DNA from: Malacoraja senta
Lineage: Eukaryota
Length of the DNA: 64,000 bases
Assembly: GCA_038087875.1 (NCBI GenBank)
Contig: CM075998.1
Coordinates: 434,001-498,000 of the forward strand
Reading direction: 5' to 3'
In this document: piece by piece, positions 1-12,733 of the stretch
How the letters are laid out: every line of letters starts with the position of its first letter
How positions within the stretch are numbered: the stretch's first letter is position 1
Made by a program: the position numbers and the translations under genes
The notes under the pieces: model-generated
Told to the model about the DNA's origin: nothing
The model's database searches: none
What the model saw: only the letters and a program-made list of their open reading frames with translations

Positions 1-1416
1 AGATAGAGATGGAGAATAATAGGGCAGCTGATTGGGATCTGCCTGAGAGGAGAATATGTTTAAAGTTCATGGGAAGTCTGAGGATGGCGAGAGAGAGCGT
101 GAGAAGGTAGACAAAAATGCTGGAGAAACTCTGCGTGTGAGGCAGCATCTATGGAGCGAAGGAAATGGGCAACGTTTTGGGTCGAGACCCTTCTTCAGAC
201 TGAGAAAGTCAGTTTAAAACTTGCATCCTTCATGATTTCATGTCTGCTGCCCTCTGAAGGAGGTAGGTTTAAGTGCAATGGAAATTATAGCATAAGACAG
301 GCAAATAGTGACAGGAAAGGTTTGCAGAAGGTGGTCAGAGTCTGCAGATCAAATTGTCCTTCAATTAGTCACCAATCCCCATATCACATAAAGCCAAGCA
401 TTGATATCCTGGTTTATGTATCCATTCATCTTTATTTTACTTCGTGGACAGCTTGTCCCCCTTTTATAAATGTAAATGGATCATAGTATGTCTTTTTTAG
501 CTTACGCATTGACCCATAGCAAAGATGAAGGTTTCAACCCAAAATGTCGATCATTCCCTTCCACCCATCTCAGCTGCTTGACCCGCTGAGATCCTCCAGC
601 AGATTGCTTGTTGCTCCAGATTCCAGCATCTGCAGTCTCTTCTCTCCAAAGATGTTTGAGGCTAACTGTTAATTGTATTAAAGTTATCAGAATTCCTCCC
701 CCCAAAAATGCTAAAGTATTGAATTTCTCCCGTGCAAATTATAAAATACCTTTAATGCAAAGAATAGTCAATGATTTTGGTCTATTAATATAATTTCTTT
801 GTCAATTTTTGAGCTCTGACACTGGGAAGTTGTGTTTTGGAGGGGCCAAAATTAATTGTTTCACTGCAGCAGAGCAGAGGAAGTGGTGAAGTCACGGTTG
901 AATCGGACCAGGATTGGTGCCGTTCTGTAAGGTTGATTGTGCATAGGTTGAGGGAAGCACTGAGATTGCAGTTGTGCCGAGGGCAGCTGAGAGCAGCTGC
1001 GATTGTGCTCGGAGGACTTGCTGATCAACGGGTAACCTGAGCTTGAGCTTCTTGGTCAACACATCCTGTTGTTTTTTGTTCAAACACCTTTTCCAACATT
1101 CACTGTACTGCGTTCTTTGACACTAGCAGTGTGACTTTTTTTGTTTTGGGTTCAAAAGTCATGATAAATTGAGAATTCCCAAAGCTCAAGTAAAATGGCT
1201 CAAACACTTCACAACTCTAAGCAGTGCAATAAAGCAGAATGCTTCATATAAACCGTTACCTTTGTCTTTAGTGTGCCGATGCTAAGCCTGGGTCAATAAT
1301 AACACGTTGTAATGATGAATTGTTCTTTATTGGCACACTGGAGTAACCTCCAATCCTGATTGACATTAATTTTGTACATTATTACTGCCAATTCTTTTCT
1401 GATTTTTGGTTCTCAG

Positions 1417-1636
1417 ATCCGAGTGAACAGCTCTGAGAAATTTAAAATCAAGCAAGTGGATGATGAAATGGAGATGGAAGATCCAGGGGTGTGGAGTTGG
1501 ATCGTGGATTCAGCCACATCAATGCTGAAGGAGAAAGTGAATGAAACTTACCTTAATGTTGATTTGTTCAGCAACAAAACTTGCTTTAAGGTGGAACCAA
1601 GCAGTAAAGTGGATTATGACGTCCTATTAACACGCC
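1417..1636 (+). CDS. NEMP1: NEMP1 (TMEM194A) internal coding exon (equivalent to human exon 3)
   Basis: tctcag|ATC...CGC C|gtgagt, 220 bp. Encodes IRVNSSEKF...LKEKVNETYLNVDLFSNKTCFKVE, resembling recalled NEMP1 IRVNSS...LKEKLNDTYVNVGLYSTKTCLKVE. Confidence 0.93.
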
Positions 1637-3019
1637 GTGAGTATTTAGTAATCAACTTTGTTCCTTATAATTCATGACATCTTGTTTTGTAGTCCCATGA
1701 CGCTGGTGTAAACTCATATTGTTTCAAGTCTGCTGTTTGTCACTTTTCAGACATTTTCCCCAATGCCCATTTCCTCAGTAAATCTTTTGCCAATTGGTTT
1801 TATAAGTTGGCAGAGATTCCTATGAACAGCACCTTCATATTTTCACTTATTTTGAGGTTTTCATGGCTAAGACGCGAGTGTTTTCCAAGATTTGAATGAA
1901 CTGTTTACTGGGAAGGTTTGACGCGGCATTTTGAAGAGAGGGGGGCGAGCCGGGTAATCTTGCTTTTATGAGCAGACAGGTAATGGAGAGATCTGGATCT
2001 TGAGCGGGCAGCTGGAATTGGTTTAAATTCGTGTCATGGTCGGCACAGACATTGGGGGCCAAAGGGCCTGTTCCTGCGCTGTACTGTGTTCTAAGTTTGG
2101 TTCCAGAGTATTTATGGAAATGAGTCGGAAAGATATATTTAAAAAAAGTAAACATTCTTACAGGGTGCAGCCACTGATGTATCACCCATTTCCTGCTGAA
2201 TTGAACAGATGTATCACCATAGATGCCACACACAGGCTAATCTTAATATCCCTGTGGATGTACTTTTTATTTGTAATTTTTTTAGTTCGGCACCCTTGAG
2301 ACATGACTGGTGCTGGATCACAGAAATTACCCTGAGAACCCCCTACATAGACATAAGCCAAAGCCACTAGGCTTGCTATTTCACCCCGAATATTTCTTGC
2401 TACGTCATTACGATGTAAAATAGAACTCTGATTAATGCTGCCAGAAATGGCTTTTATTTTCTGAAATATAATATGAAGCTTACAGTTGAGACTCTGTACT
2501 GCACTTTCATGCTGTTGAGATATGTATAATAAAGCTTAAAACAGAAAATATCAGCCACAAATATAAAGAATCTTGGCAGTTCGGTGGTACACCTGCCTGG
2601 TGGCTTCTCCACAAACCAGTGGCACCAGATTCAAAACATGCCACAGTAGTTGCCGGACCCGAAGGTTTCAACCTGTATCTCTTTCTGGCTGAGTTAGTCT
2701 CTTAATCCCATTGAACTGTTGAACCTATTGAAGTACCAAGATGTTGGGCTTTTATGGCCAAGTTAAGACTAACATTTTTTATAAACTTCGGCCTGGAGTA
2801 CAGGATGACACCTAAACCGTGGTGACTCTTGTGTATTGCCTCAGTGTGGTCTACCATCCTGCACTCTTGTACAGTATAATTGTGTATCATGTATCGTAGG
2901 ATTGTCGCTGAATGGTATGCAAAAACAAAATTCACTGTACTTGGGTACAAGTGACAATAAAGTACGTCTACCTTTGGTTAAGTTGTGCATCTGTCTCATC
3001 TTGATCTATTCTTTTGTAG

Positions 3020-3092
3020 GTTTTGATCCACAGCTGATCCTTATCTTCACTTTTGGGCTGCTGCTGTTCTTCTACGCTGAAAGCTTAAGCAG
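3020..3092 (+). CDS. NEMP1: NEMP1 coding exon (human exon 4 equivalent)
   Basis: tgtag|GT TTT GAT CCA...AGC AG|gtaagc, 73 bp; FDPQLILIFTFGLLLFFYAESLSR; phase fits both neighbours. Confidence 0.93.
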
Positions 3093-3170
3093 GTAAGCAG
3101 TGAAGTAAGAAACAGAATAATGCCCGGCTAAACTGGAACACACTGGATGATAGGCACGTCAGCCAATGTT

Positions 3171-3380
3171 AGACATAGAAAGCTGGAGCAACTCAGCGGG
3201 ACAGGCAGCATCTCTGGAGAGAAGGAATGGGCGATGTTTCGGGTCGAGACCCTTCTTCAGACTCGAAAAGGGTCTCGACCCGAAACATCACCCATTCCTT
3301 CTCTCCAGAGATGCTGCCTACGCTGAGTTACTCCAGCTTTTTGTGTCTATCTTCGGTTTAAACCAGCATCTGCAGTTCCT
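3171..3380. mobile_element. Penelope-derived fold-back element with hammerhead-like core
   Basis: Inverted arms; 15-bp TSD ACGTCAGCCAATGTT (3156-3170 / 3381-3395); core on minus strand at 3233-3260. Confidence 0.85.
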
Positions 3381-3829
3381 ACGTCAGCCAATGTTTTCAG
3401 AATACAGCTTCATTAATGTTTTGGGCAAAACCTTCAGGGAAAAGAATACTTGTTTACAGTCCTCTTTTATTGATTATAAAAATGTCTTGGGTATCTCAAT
3501 AAACCTTGGCATATCCAGGGTTTCCAACTTTACTAGTGCCAACTCAATCACTACCTCATTTCTTTAGACAGCTGTATTATCTTGCCTACTTCAAAATGCT
3601 TGCGCTCATGGTCTGCTGGAAAATGATTGCCCAGCTCGCTTGCTCTTCCACCTACCTCGACATAACTGCTGTACTGGCTCAGTGTCTCCCTGTCTCTGTC
3701 TTCAACCTTTTTGCTCACTGGGTCCTTGTTTTCATCAAGTCAATCTTCTGTATAATACCTATTTTTCAATCTCTAAATTTAAAGGCCATGGGCCGACGCG
3801 TGTGTGTGTGCGTGGCCAGTCTGGAGCAG

Positions 3830-4460
3830 AACAATTAAAAGTTGTTCAAAAACCCCCCAGCAAAACGGGTGGGGTCATTTAAAAGCTGCCCAGCATCATG
3901 CAGCAAAACACTTTGGGGGAAAAAAGGGTTCATTTAAACCAGCGCAGCAAAGTGCGTAGGAACTGTAGTGCATTTAAAAGCAGCACAGGAATCTGGCAGC
4001 AAAGAACGTCAGAAAGTGAAGTGTGTTTAAAACCAGTGCAGGCATCAAGCAGCAGCAATGCGGCAAAGCACGTTGGCAAACATAGTGCACTTGAAAGCAG
4101 CGCAAGAAGCGGCAGCAGTGGTGGTGTAGCAAAGTATGTCATGAAGTAATGCATTTAAAAGCAATGCAAGAATAGGGCAGCAACAATACAGCAAAGCATG
4201 TCGCAAAATGTAATGCATTTCAAAGCAATGCAAGTATCGACAAGCAGCAATGCAGGAAAGCGTCATTCCAAAGCAGCGCAAGAATCGCACGGCAAAGCAC
4301 ATTGAAAAAGATGTCAATTAAAAGCAGTGCATGATTGACGCAGCAGCAGTGCAGCAAAATGTAATGCATTTAAAAGTAGCGTTGAAATCGAGCAGCAGCA
4401 GTGCACGTTGGATAGCATACTGCATTTAAAATCAGTGCCAGGATCATGCAATCAAAACTG
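3830..4460. repeat. Degenerate minisatellite, core GCATTTAAAAGCAGCGCA
   Basis: About 12 diverged units spaced ~45-70 bp apart in a NEMP1 intron. Confidence 0.8.
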
Positions 4461-4736
4461 GTCCCAGGAAAATGTTGGTGACGCTGGCAATTAACCCCAG
4501 GGAGGAGCAGCACAACATTAGGTACTAAGGTAAGCATTTCATCTCTTATAAACTTTTCTAAACTAGTAGAAATGTCACTTTTTTTTAAAAGGCAGACCAT
4601 TTTTAAATGTTGTGATATTTAAATTTGAGCTGGAGCTCATTCGTCTTTGTAGTGATGGGGGAGATTGTATTCATGTGCTGGTATTGCTTTTTAAAATATA
4701 TTTCACAAGTATTTGAGATTTTTTCCCTCTTTTTAG

Positions 4737-4830
4737 GAGCCAGCTTTTCTTCTATACGTCAGGAATGAGCTTGGGTATATTGGCTTCAGCCGTTATTGTC
4801 ATCTTCATCCTGGCTCGGTTACTGCCCAAG
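4737..4830 (+). CDS. NEMP1: NEMP1 coding exon (exon 5 equivalent)
   Basis: ttttag|G AGC CAG...CCC AAG|gtaagt, 94 bp; SQLFFYTSGMSLGILASAVIVIFILARLLPK (transmembrane segment). Confidence 0.93.
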
Positions 4831-5430
4831 GTAAGTTGGAGAATGCCTTTGCCCAGGGTTAGAAAAATGAACTGACATCTGTTTCTGTCCTGCTTTGTGA
4901 GCAGGTCCTCGTACCCTGGTTGAATTTGCTCACACTTGGGGTAATTAATATCCGGAGTGGGCAATTGGAAGCTTTTTTCCATTTGATGTAACCACTATTA
5001 GCATTGTTTTTACAGATGCAATGCAAGTTTGATACAAGATGGAAGTTGCTTTTAAAGTGTTCCATTTTCCAAAATGGAGTCATGACTGCACCAGTGTGTA
5101 TTTTACTCGTCAAAAATGGACTGTGATTGGAAAGTTGATGCTGAATTGGGAGGGCTTCTTTACTGTGCAAATCAGCTCACTGGAAGATGTGATCCAAACT
5201 AGACAATCCTAATAGAAGGAGAGCTTATCTGCAAGGGTTGAACTTGAACCCAGGTTGAAGTTACCCATGGGTAAAAATCTAAATTTGCGCTGTCCGAAAG
5301 TTGGGTCAAAAGTGCGAGATTTTCTGTATCAGAACAGTTCTTTAGCAGTTCCAAGATTCCCTATGCATGCCACTTGCTTTTAGTAAACATCAAAACAAAA
5401 TGCTAATATTTTCCTTTCTTTCCATTTTAG

Positions 5431-5545
5431 AGAAGTTCTCTCTACTTGTTGGTGGCAGGTGGCTGGTCTGTGTCTCTGTATTTGATCCAAGTGACCTTAA
5501 GGAATTTGCAGTTTCTCTTAAAAGAATACTGGCAGTATGTTTTAG
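5431..5545 (+). CDS. NEMP1: NEMP1 coding exon (exon 6 equivalent)
   Basis: ttttag|AGA AGT...TTA G|gtgag, 115 bp; RSSLYLLVAGGWSVSLYLIQVTLRNLQFLLKEYWQYVL. Confidence 0.93.
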
Positions 5546-5673
5546 GTGAGAATGTTCGCAGTGTTTAATTTAAGGTACATTGAGTATTTTTCTGAAAATG
5601 TTCTTCTGAGTGATACCCAGCATGTATTGTTAAATATTGACACACTGGGGTTTTGTGACTAAATTTGTACTAG

Positions 5674-5892
5674 GTGTGATGTAATTAAAGTGAAGGGGGA
5701 GATGTGATGTAATTAAAGTGAAGGGGGAGATGTGATGTATATGTAATGTAATATGTAATGTAAATGCCAGCTTCTGCTTTTGGCCTCAAGGGGCACTGGC
5801 ATTTACATTAAATATTACATTACATATACATCACATCTCCCCCTTCACTTTAATTACATCACACCTCCCCCTTCACTTTAATTACATCCCAC
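5674..5892. repeat. ~97-bp-arm inverted repeat (25-nt loop) with internal 29-bp tandem units; third partial copy at 6039-6110
   Basis: 5674-5770 is the reverse complement of 5796-5892 with about 3 mismatches. Confidence 0.93.
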
Positions 5893-6566
5893 TTCTGACA
5901 CCATGTAATGTCTTCTGTTTGACCTTGTTGTGACTAGCACAATTAATACACGTCCGACATCTTGTAGGAAAGGTTTAATCTGTAATCAACTGAAACTTCC
6001 AGAAGGTCACGACCTCAGTCACGAGATACAGGTACATTTGCCAGCTTCTGCTTTTGGCCTCAAGGGGCACTGGCATTTACATTACATATTACATTACATA
6101 TACATCACACTAGGCACATTTTCATACACTTGTCATACCTCAATTTGCTGGGTACCGTCTACCTATGTGTTTGCCATTATCTGGTCAAGTCGGTTTGAGA
6201 GAGTGTGGGTGATCATTGCTCCATATTTCCCTCCGCTTTCCTGATCTATGTGACGTCTATTATTCTGCCTGTCACTACTTTATTCCAAGTAATGTGGCCA
6301 TGTATTTCTATTCTGCTTCCTGCCACTCCTAGTTATACAGTACTCCGCAGCTCAAGTGACATAGGGTTGTTCTCTCCAGATTATCTAGGAGATGCAGGCA
6401 TCAAGTCTGGTACGGTTATTTTAAGTTTGAAGAAGTGTCCCAACCCACAACGTCGTCTATCCATGTCCTCCCAGATCCGCTGAGTTACTCTAACACTATG
6501 TAAGCCAGCATCTGTAGTTCCTTGTGTCTCCAAGATTCTTTTTCTCATCTGCTGTTAATGTTTCAG

Positions 6567-6792
6567 GCTATGTGACAGTTTCTGGCTTCATCAGCTTTGC
6601 TGTGTGTTACAAGTATGGCCCCCCTGAGGAGGAGAGAAGTATCAATCTGCTGAACTGGAGCCTGCAACTCTTTGGGCTGTTCCTAATGTACTCTGGGATT
6701 CAAGTACGACATGTGGCCCTGACCCTCCTCATTGTGGCTTTCTGCATCAAGAACATCGAACTGCCCTTTCAATGGTCTTACACTGCATACAA
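6567..6792 (+). CDS. NEMP1: NEMP1 coding exon (exon 7 equivalent)
   Basis: tttcag|GC TAT...TAC AA|gtaagt, 226 bp; GFISFAVCYKYGPPEEERSINLLNWSLQL, the conserved NEMP signature. Confidence 0.96.
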
Positions 6793-6934
6793 GTAAGTGT
6801 TGAAGTGTTATGAAGTCATTTAGAATGGAAACAGGTGGTTATCCCACAGAATTCTTGCCGGCCATCAAGCACCCATTTACACTCATCCCATTTAAACTCC
6901 CCACATCGCAAAGTGTCGTGGCCAATTAACCCAC

Positions 6935-7085
6935 CAACCCACTGGTCTTCCGGATGTGGGAGGAAACTAGAGCATCTGGAGGAAACGCGTGCTGTCACAC
7001 GGGGAACGTGCAAACTCTGCGTAGTTCATGCCGGAGGTCACGGTTGAAGCTGGGTCACTGGAACTGAGAGACAGCAGCTCTACCA
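6935..7085 (-). mobile_element. V-SINE-like relic
   Basis: Minus strand GAGTTTGCACGTTCCCCGTGTGACAGCACGCGTTTCCTCCAGATGCTCTAGTTTCCTCCCACA resembles the recalled V-SINE central domain. Confidence 0.65.
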
Positions 7086-7335
7086 CTGGCAAGAATCTCT
7101 CCTCAATACTGACTTCCAATGCATCTGGTGGAATGTGAAGCAAAGAGTGCATTTATTTTTTCAACTCCATTGTTAATTCATTGGCATTATAGGTACTGAC
7201 TGGAACAGTTGCTTTTAATATGAAACTAAGGCATAAGTTGTACTCTGTATCACCTTGCAACTACAACACCCTGCTTGCTTTGCTGATCATACAGCATTGT
7301 GCAGGACAATTAATGTTCAACACACTTACCTCATG

Positions 7336-7351
7336 GGCGCCATCTAGTGGG
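7336..7351 (-). promoter_or_regulatory. Consensus CTCF motif (NEMP1 intron)
   Basis: Minus strand CCACTAGATGGCGCC matches the CTCF core consensus; binding not shown. Confidence 0.6.
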
Positions 7352-7676
7352 AGGTTGTAGATTGGTAGAGACCAAGAAACTCTTTTTAACTCTCAGCTCT
7401 TGCGATCATGTCGTGGCACCTAAAGTATAAAGTCCATAAGGACCCAAGTTATTTAAGTCCCTTTTTATCACTGCAGATCAGATTTTCTTTTTGGTTTCAT
7501 GTTTGCTCCTGAAATAAGGTTTGGTATGGGAAAGGAAAGAGCTCAGAAAGTTTTGACAGTTGCCATGAGTTGATTCCTTGGGACCGGGCAGAAAGAGGGA
7601 TTTAAAAAAAAGCCAAGATTTCTCTCAAATATATCCCAGTGACCTTTTCATAATTTTCTAAATACTCTAATTTTAG

Positions 7677-7850
7677 GAAAGTTTTCAAACTAAGAAACAA
7701 GCCAGAGCCCCGACGGCTTCTAACTGAGGAAGAATTTCAAAAGCAAGGAGAAATAGAAACCCAAAATGCTTTGGTGGAACTGCGAAAGCACTGCGGCAGC
7801 CCTGAGTTCCATCCGTGGAAAGTAGTGTCCAGACTTTCAACACCAAAGAG
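7677..7850 (+). CDS. NEMP1: NEMP1 coding exon (exon 8 equivalent)
   Basis: ttttag|G AAA...AAG AG|gtaatg, 174 bp; PRRLLTEEEFQKQGEIETQNALVELRKHCGSPEFHPWKVVSRLSTPKR. Confidence 0.95.
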
Positions 7851-9792
7851 GTAATGCTCTTGTGCCATTTAAATCCTCTTGCGCATGTGCTATCTTCCTC
7901 CGTCCTGAAAAAATGGACAACAGCCTGTTCCCAGATGTTTGCCAACACTGCCCTCATGCCAGCATTTAGGAGATGTGCAAGAACACTTATTTGTGTTTTA
8001 ACTTTGAATAAAGAAGCAGCAGACCTTGGTTTCTGACCTGCCATTGATTGTATAGTCAAGGCAGATAACTGGGTGCATGGAGAAATGGCAGGTAGTAAAT
8101 GTACCTCTTTGTTCTGTAGCTTAGCATTATAAGGCCTCATTATATTGTGTGACAGCCATGCATCCAGCTCCTAATTGAAACACGGATAAGTCTAAAAGAA
8201 GCAATGGGAAAAGGTGATGTGATCCACTGAGCCTGTCGCTCTCTGGGGGATGAGGACGTGCAGTAGATAGTTAAATTATTTTTCCCTTGGTGGGGGTGTC
8301 TAAAACAAGGGTGCATGATGTAAGGGGTAGGAGGTTTAGAGGAAGTCTGAGGGTGGTATAATCTGGAGCGCAGTACCCAAGGAGGTGGAGGCAGAAACAT
8401 GTGTTTAAGAAACATCAAGACAAGCATTTGAATTTCCGAGGCATGGAAGGCCACAGGCCAAATGTGGGGAAATGGCATTGCTATAGATAAGTACAATAGA
8501 CGGCATGGGCATGATGGGCAGAATGGCCTGCTTCTGAGCTGAGTGATTCGACTCTGAGACCATCTGAGAATTTGATCAACTTCCTCAATTTGCTCATCTT
8601 CCTCGTCGAAGTGAATTACCTGAGAATGTCCAAAGTTTAGCACTCAACAAGCATCTAACTTATTGTTCGAGGCCACTGCTTGAAATCTTCAGTACGTCCC
8701 TGGTGTAAACATCGTGCTTCATTGTGGGAAGGTGCGATATTTTTTGCATCTCTCAGAATTTCACTGCATGGACCGAAGTTTGAAGTTCCCCAATCAGAAT
8801 GTCAGGCAAGCCAGATTTTCCAGGGGGAAAAAAAACACTTCAATATTCCTTGGGTGCAGTGATTGCCAGGATGAAGGACTATACTGGCAACTTAGGGTAT
8901 TTATCACATGCAACGGATTTAAATGGCTTATATATTGGAATAAAATCAAGAATGCGGTGGCTGAGGTGTGTCAATTCCCTCCAATTTCTCCTCACGTCAA
9001 CAGACGAGGTGATCTTGCCTCTGCACGTTGAATCATGAGCTCGGTGTATGGGTTGGATTCGCCAGCTTGCTTTGACTGCCCGGTTCCACCATCTTTGAAG
9101 AATGAATCTAAATGCAGTCTCCTCTCTCCTTGAACATAGACCATTTTGCCCTCAAATTGTCCCTTTGTGAATCTTTGTTCTCCGTACAGCGACCATCCTT
9201 TAGGTCTCAAAAAGGTTTGTTGAGTTCCTCAGACTCCTGTGTAAAAAAAAATGTTTTAAGTGAAGCCTGGCTCCAAACTAAAAGATCAGCTGCCCACTGG
9301 ATCTCTTATCTCCCCAATGAAAAATCACCTGTTTGTATAAAAAAAGCAGCTTGTAGATTGTAAAGAGATGCTACACTCGTCAGTGAAACGTGATCAAGCT
9401 CTGGCTTCCAAGTAATTTGGCTTTATCAAGAGGACAGTTGCCATTTTTTTCCTGTAAATTATTCTTTTACAGCCCCCCACAAGTTATTGCAGCTTGAAAG
9501 CTGGTAAAACGGCTGTCTTGGCAAGTAAGAGAGTAACTCCGCAGGTCAGGCAGCATCTCTGGAGAACACGGATAGGTGACGTTTCTGGTCGAAATCCTTC
9601 AGAACTGAAGCAGGGTGCCGACACAAAATGTGCATCTGAAGAAGAGCCCCGACCTAAAACATCACGCATGCATCAGCTAATCCCAGTACCTCTGTTCCCA
9701 TTCAAAGCAGAGGACACTGTTAGCCAGGTTTATTCCAATCTCCAGTATTTCTTGGAAATCTGGAGCATTTCTTGGAAATCTTGGACAACCAA

Positions 9793-10115
9793 GTTCCCGA
9801 TGTTGGGGGAGTCCAGAACCAAGGGCCACAGTTTAAGAATAAGGAGTAAGCCATTTAGAATGGAGACGAGGAAAAACTTTTTCTCGCAGAGAGTTGTGAG
9901 TCTGGAATTCTCTGCCTCAGAGGGTGGTGGAGGCCGGTTCTCTGGATACTTTCAAGAGAGAGCTACATAGGGCTCTTAAAGATAGCGGAGTCAGGGGATA
10001 TGGGGAGAAGGCAGGAACGGGGTACTGATTGGGGATGATCAGCCATGATCACAGTGAATGGCGGTGCTGGCTCGAAGGGCTGAATGGCCTACTCCTGCAC
10101 CTATTGTCTATTGTC
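9793..10115 (+). mobile_element. CR1 LINE 3' end
   Basis: FPMLGESRTKGHSLRIRSKPFRMETRKNFFSQRVV, then the 3' UTR with a (ctattgt) tail; same family as 20271-22490. Confidence 0.9.
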
Positions 10116-10411
10116 AAAGAGGAGAAATATGGGGTTGAGCCTGTCTACTGAGTAGCTCACTGACATGGGTCGCACTCTGACGCCTGGCTGGTTTGATATC
10201 AACGATGTTGTCATTCATAGCCTGGGAAAGGAGGGAAAAATTGATCATTTTAGAATAATTGATGCTTTTTTCCACAAAATGTCTGTGTTTACATTTAGTA
10301 ACATGAAGTACTATGTTGGGAGAGTTTTTCTAGAATGCATATTCCTGACATGATTTCAATGACTCCTGAGTTTGGGACATTGGTGTGACTGTCGGGTTGT
10401 CTTGCCTGCAG

Positions 10412-10553
10412 ATTTGCGGACTTTGTTGAAGGGGAGTGCCACCTCAACCCGAACGAAAGTTCTGTTCACGAACAAGAATACGGTCTCGGCAGCCTGCTTG
10501 CTCTAGAAGATGAGATGTCTGACGTTGAGTTTGACGATGACGACGAAAATTGA
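10412..10553 (+). CDS. NEMP1: NEMP1 last coding exon
   Basis: ctgcag|A TTT GCG GAC...AAT TGA; [46 protein letters not shown]. Confidence 0.94.
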
Positions 10554-12727
10554 GACTGGGCCTTGGCAGAAAACGTTCTGCGCGAGGACTGTCGATCGGA
10601 GTGGAGCGCCCTTTCTGTGGAGGAGGAAATACTTTGCAATGCTGCTTGTTGGACTCCTGACCTGGATAATTGAAATAATTAAGACATTAACTACAGCAAT
10701 TACTTCAGTACAGGAGTGATCTTTATCTAGATTGGACCAGGGGTGTTGGGGGCTGATACTGTATGAACTTGGTTCTCACACACCCCTAGTACAAAGGCCA
10801 TTCATCAAACAACTGTAGCAAGGGGTTTGTGCCCTGACTTCAGTCCCATTTTGGGTGTTTTGAATTTTTAGTGGCTTTACTGAGTCTTCTTAAAAGTTGA
10901 TCTGACCTGGTACAATACTTGGAATTCAGAAGCCAAGAAACTAATGGCTCCACTTTGAAAAAAATAACTTTTGTGAGGGGTGATTGAAAAGAAAAGGTTA
11001 CTTTTTGATATCCTGACTCCTTCAAGCCAAGAGATAGGAAAACCCTGGAGATATTTCCAAGGCCTGGTGAACTTCCCAACACAATCATTGTTTACCTTTT
11101 AAGTTTTTATCAATTTGTTGGTTAGATTTGCTGTTATAGATATTTGATGTTAAGGAAACTATTTACAGTGTTTTCTATTATTTTAATGCACCCTCTGTAC
11201 TTTGGCATTACAACTAAATGCGTATCTGAATCAAAATATAAATATTAACTATATTAACTGCAGAGTTGTGCGTTTGGTGCAGTCACACCAAAGTCCATGC
11301 ATGGTTGGTGTCTGGATACTTGTGTCTATGCAAAGAAAACGTCATGATCTCAGTTGCTTTTTTTTTCCAACAATGAAGTGGTTATAGAATAATGTCGTTT
11401 TGTATTCTGTTCTGTTTTGAGCAATTTTATCTTGGTTTTAATCCTATTATTGGGAGTTGTGCGCCTAATGGCATACTTATCTTTCTCCAGGCTGTATCAC
11501 CCATTCTTAATCTAGTTTCAAAGCAAGGGGTCTTTAATAACTCAATCTGTACCCAACTGTGATATCTGTTCTCTCTGAGCAGTTGGAAGAATGTAGGAAT
11601 AGCTGAAACCAAAAATAGTTGGCATATCTTTTAAGTAACTTTATTTTCAGTGGAAATGTTAACATGATTATTTGTCTTGTCCTCTGCTTCAACCCACTCT
11701 CTGCTTTGAACTCAGTATCCCGGAGGTGTAAAAATGAGTGGGAGTCTAACGCAACCCGTATTCTATTCTTTAAACGGTATTACAAGAGGACATTTCTCTT
11801 GACACTCATTCTATAGTGGAACTCCTGCATTAATGGGTCAGCAAACACTGCTCCAAGCTAGAAACTTTAAATTTTAGGGAAGACAGGGCCTTAAACAGGA
11901 TCCTCGCTATGGATTGTGCACTTCATTTTGATACTTCCCTTGACACTGAAGTCAAATCATGTTGCTAGTTCCACTGAAAATGTACATGTAATTGGGGAAG
12001 GTGGAGGGGAAGAGACTTGATGTTTTACAAACAAAAATCTCGAATATCTTGTCCAGTATTTGGAGTCTATTTGAGATCAATTTGCACTATATATTTTGAG
12101 CTAGCTGAACAATATGGGAATCTTTGCATTGCGGTGATTTTTATATTGTTGAATATCTTGGCCATGATCTGGAGGATAGAATTGTGGTAGAGATGGTGTA
12201 TTGCTAGACTCCTTTAAAGGTGTAATGGAGTATGGATTACCATAATCACTTGCACTTGCCGTTCTCACAAACTTCATTCTTGCCTCTGCTATTCACAACA
12301 AATTAAAGTTGGTGCTACTTTTCCATCTGTGCAATGGTGGTGCTGCTGTGCTAGTCTGAAATATTCTTGAGGGTAACAATGCTATTACCCAACACTTTGG
12401 AGCCTCGGCATGTTTGTAAGTTGGGGGTTTTATTTACTGATGCAACTGTTTTTGATTCTTGGGACCTCAAGTTACTGTGGATGATGCTGTCTGGTGCAAT
12501 ATGTTGACTTTTAGTGAGATTGTTTCAAATTCAGGTGTAAAAGCTATGGCTATGCAATAACCAGATGCATTCACAGTATCCAAATGCTCAGGCAGTTTAA
12601 ACTAACCAAACCCGAGGCAATGGCGTGTATAAAATGTATGTTTAAATCTGTGAATATCCCTGTGTTTTACTGTTAAGCACTGATTACATGAGAAATGATC
12701 TGTTTTATTGAAAGGATTTTGAATTCT

Positions 12728-12733
12728 AATAAA
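12728..12733 (+). terminator. Probable NEMP1 polyadenylation signal
   Basis: AATAAA followed by a GT/T-rich downstream tract (tctttggttgatttttgtatcttt), ending a ~2.2 kb stretch after the stop with no obvious repeat insertions. Confidence 0.55.

Noticed and set aside
1312-1359. Possible C/D box snoRNA (ATGATGA...CTGA) upstream of a NEMP1 exon
   Set aside because: Only 48 nt between box ends, no terminal stem next to the boxes, no recognisable rRNA guide.
3171-3380. Fold-back repeats as DNA-transposon MITEs or miRNA genes
   Set aside because: Asymmetric arms, variable long TSDs and continuity with Penelope GIY-YIG fragments indicate a retroelement origin.
3830-4460. CRISPR-like repeat/spacer appearance
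   Set aside because: Vertebrate intron; repeats are degenerate, spacers are related to each other, and there are no cas genes.
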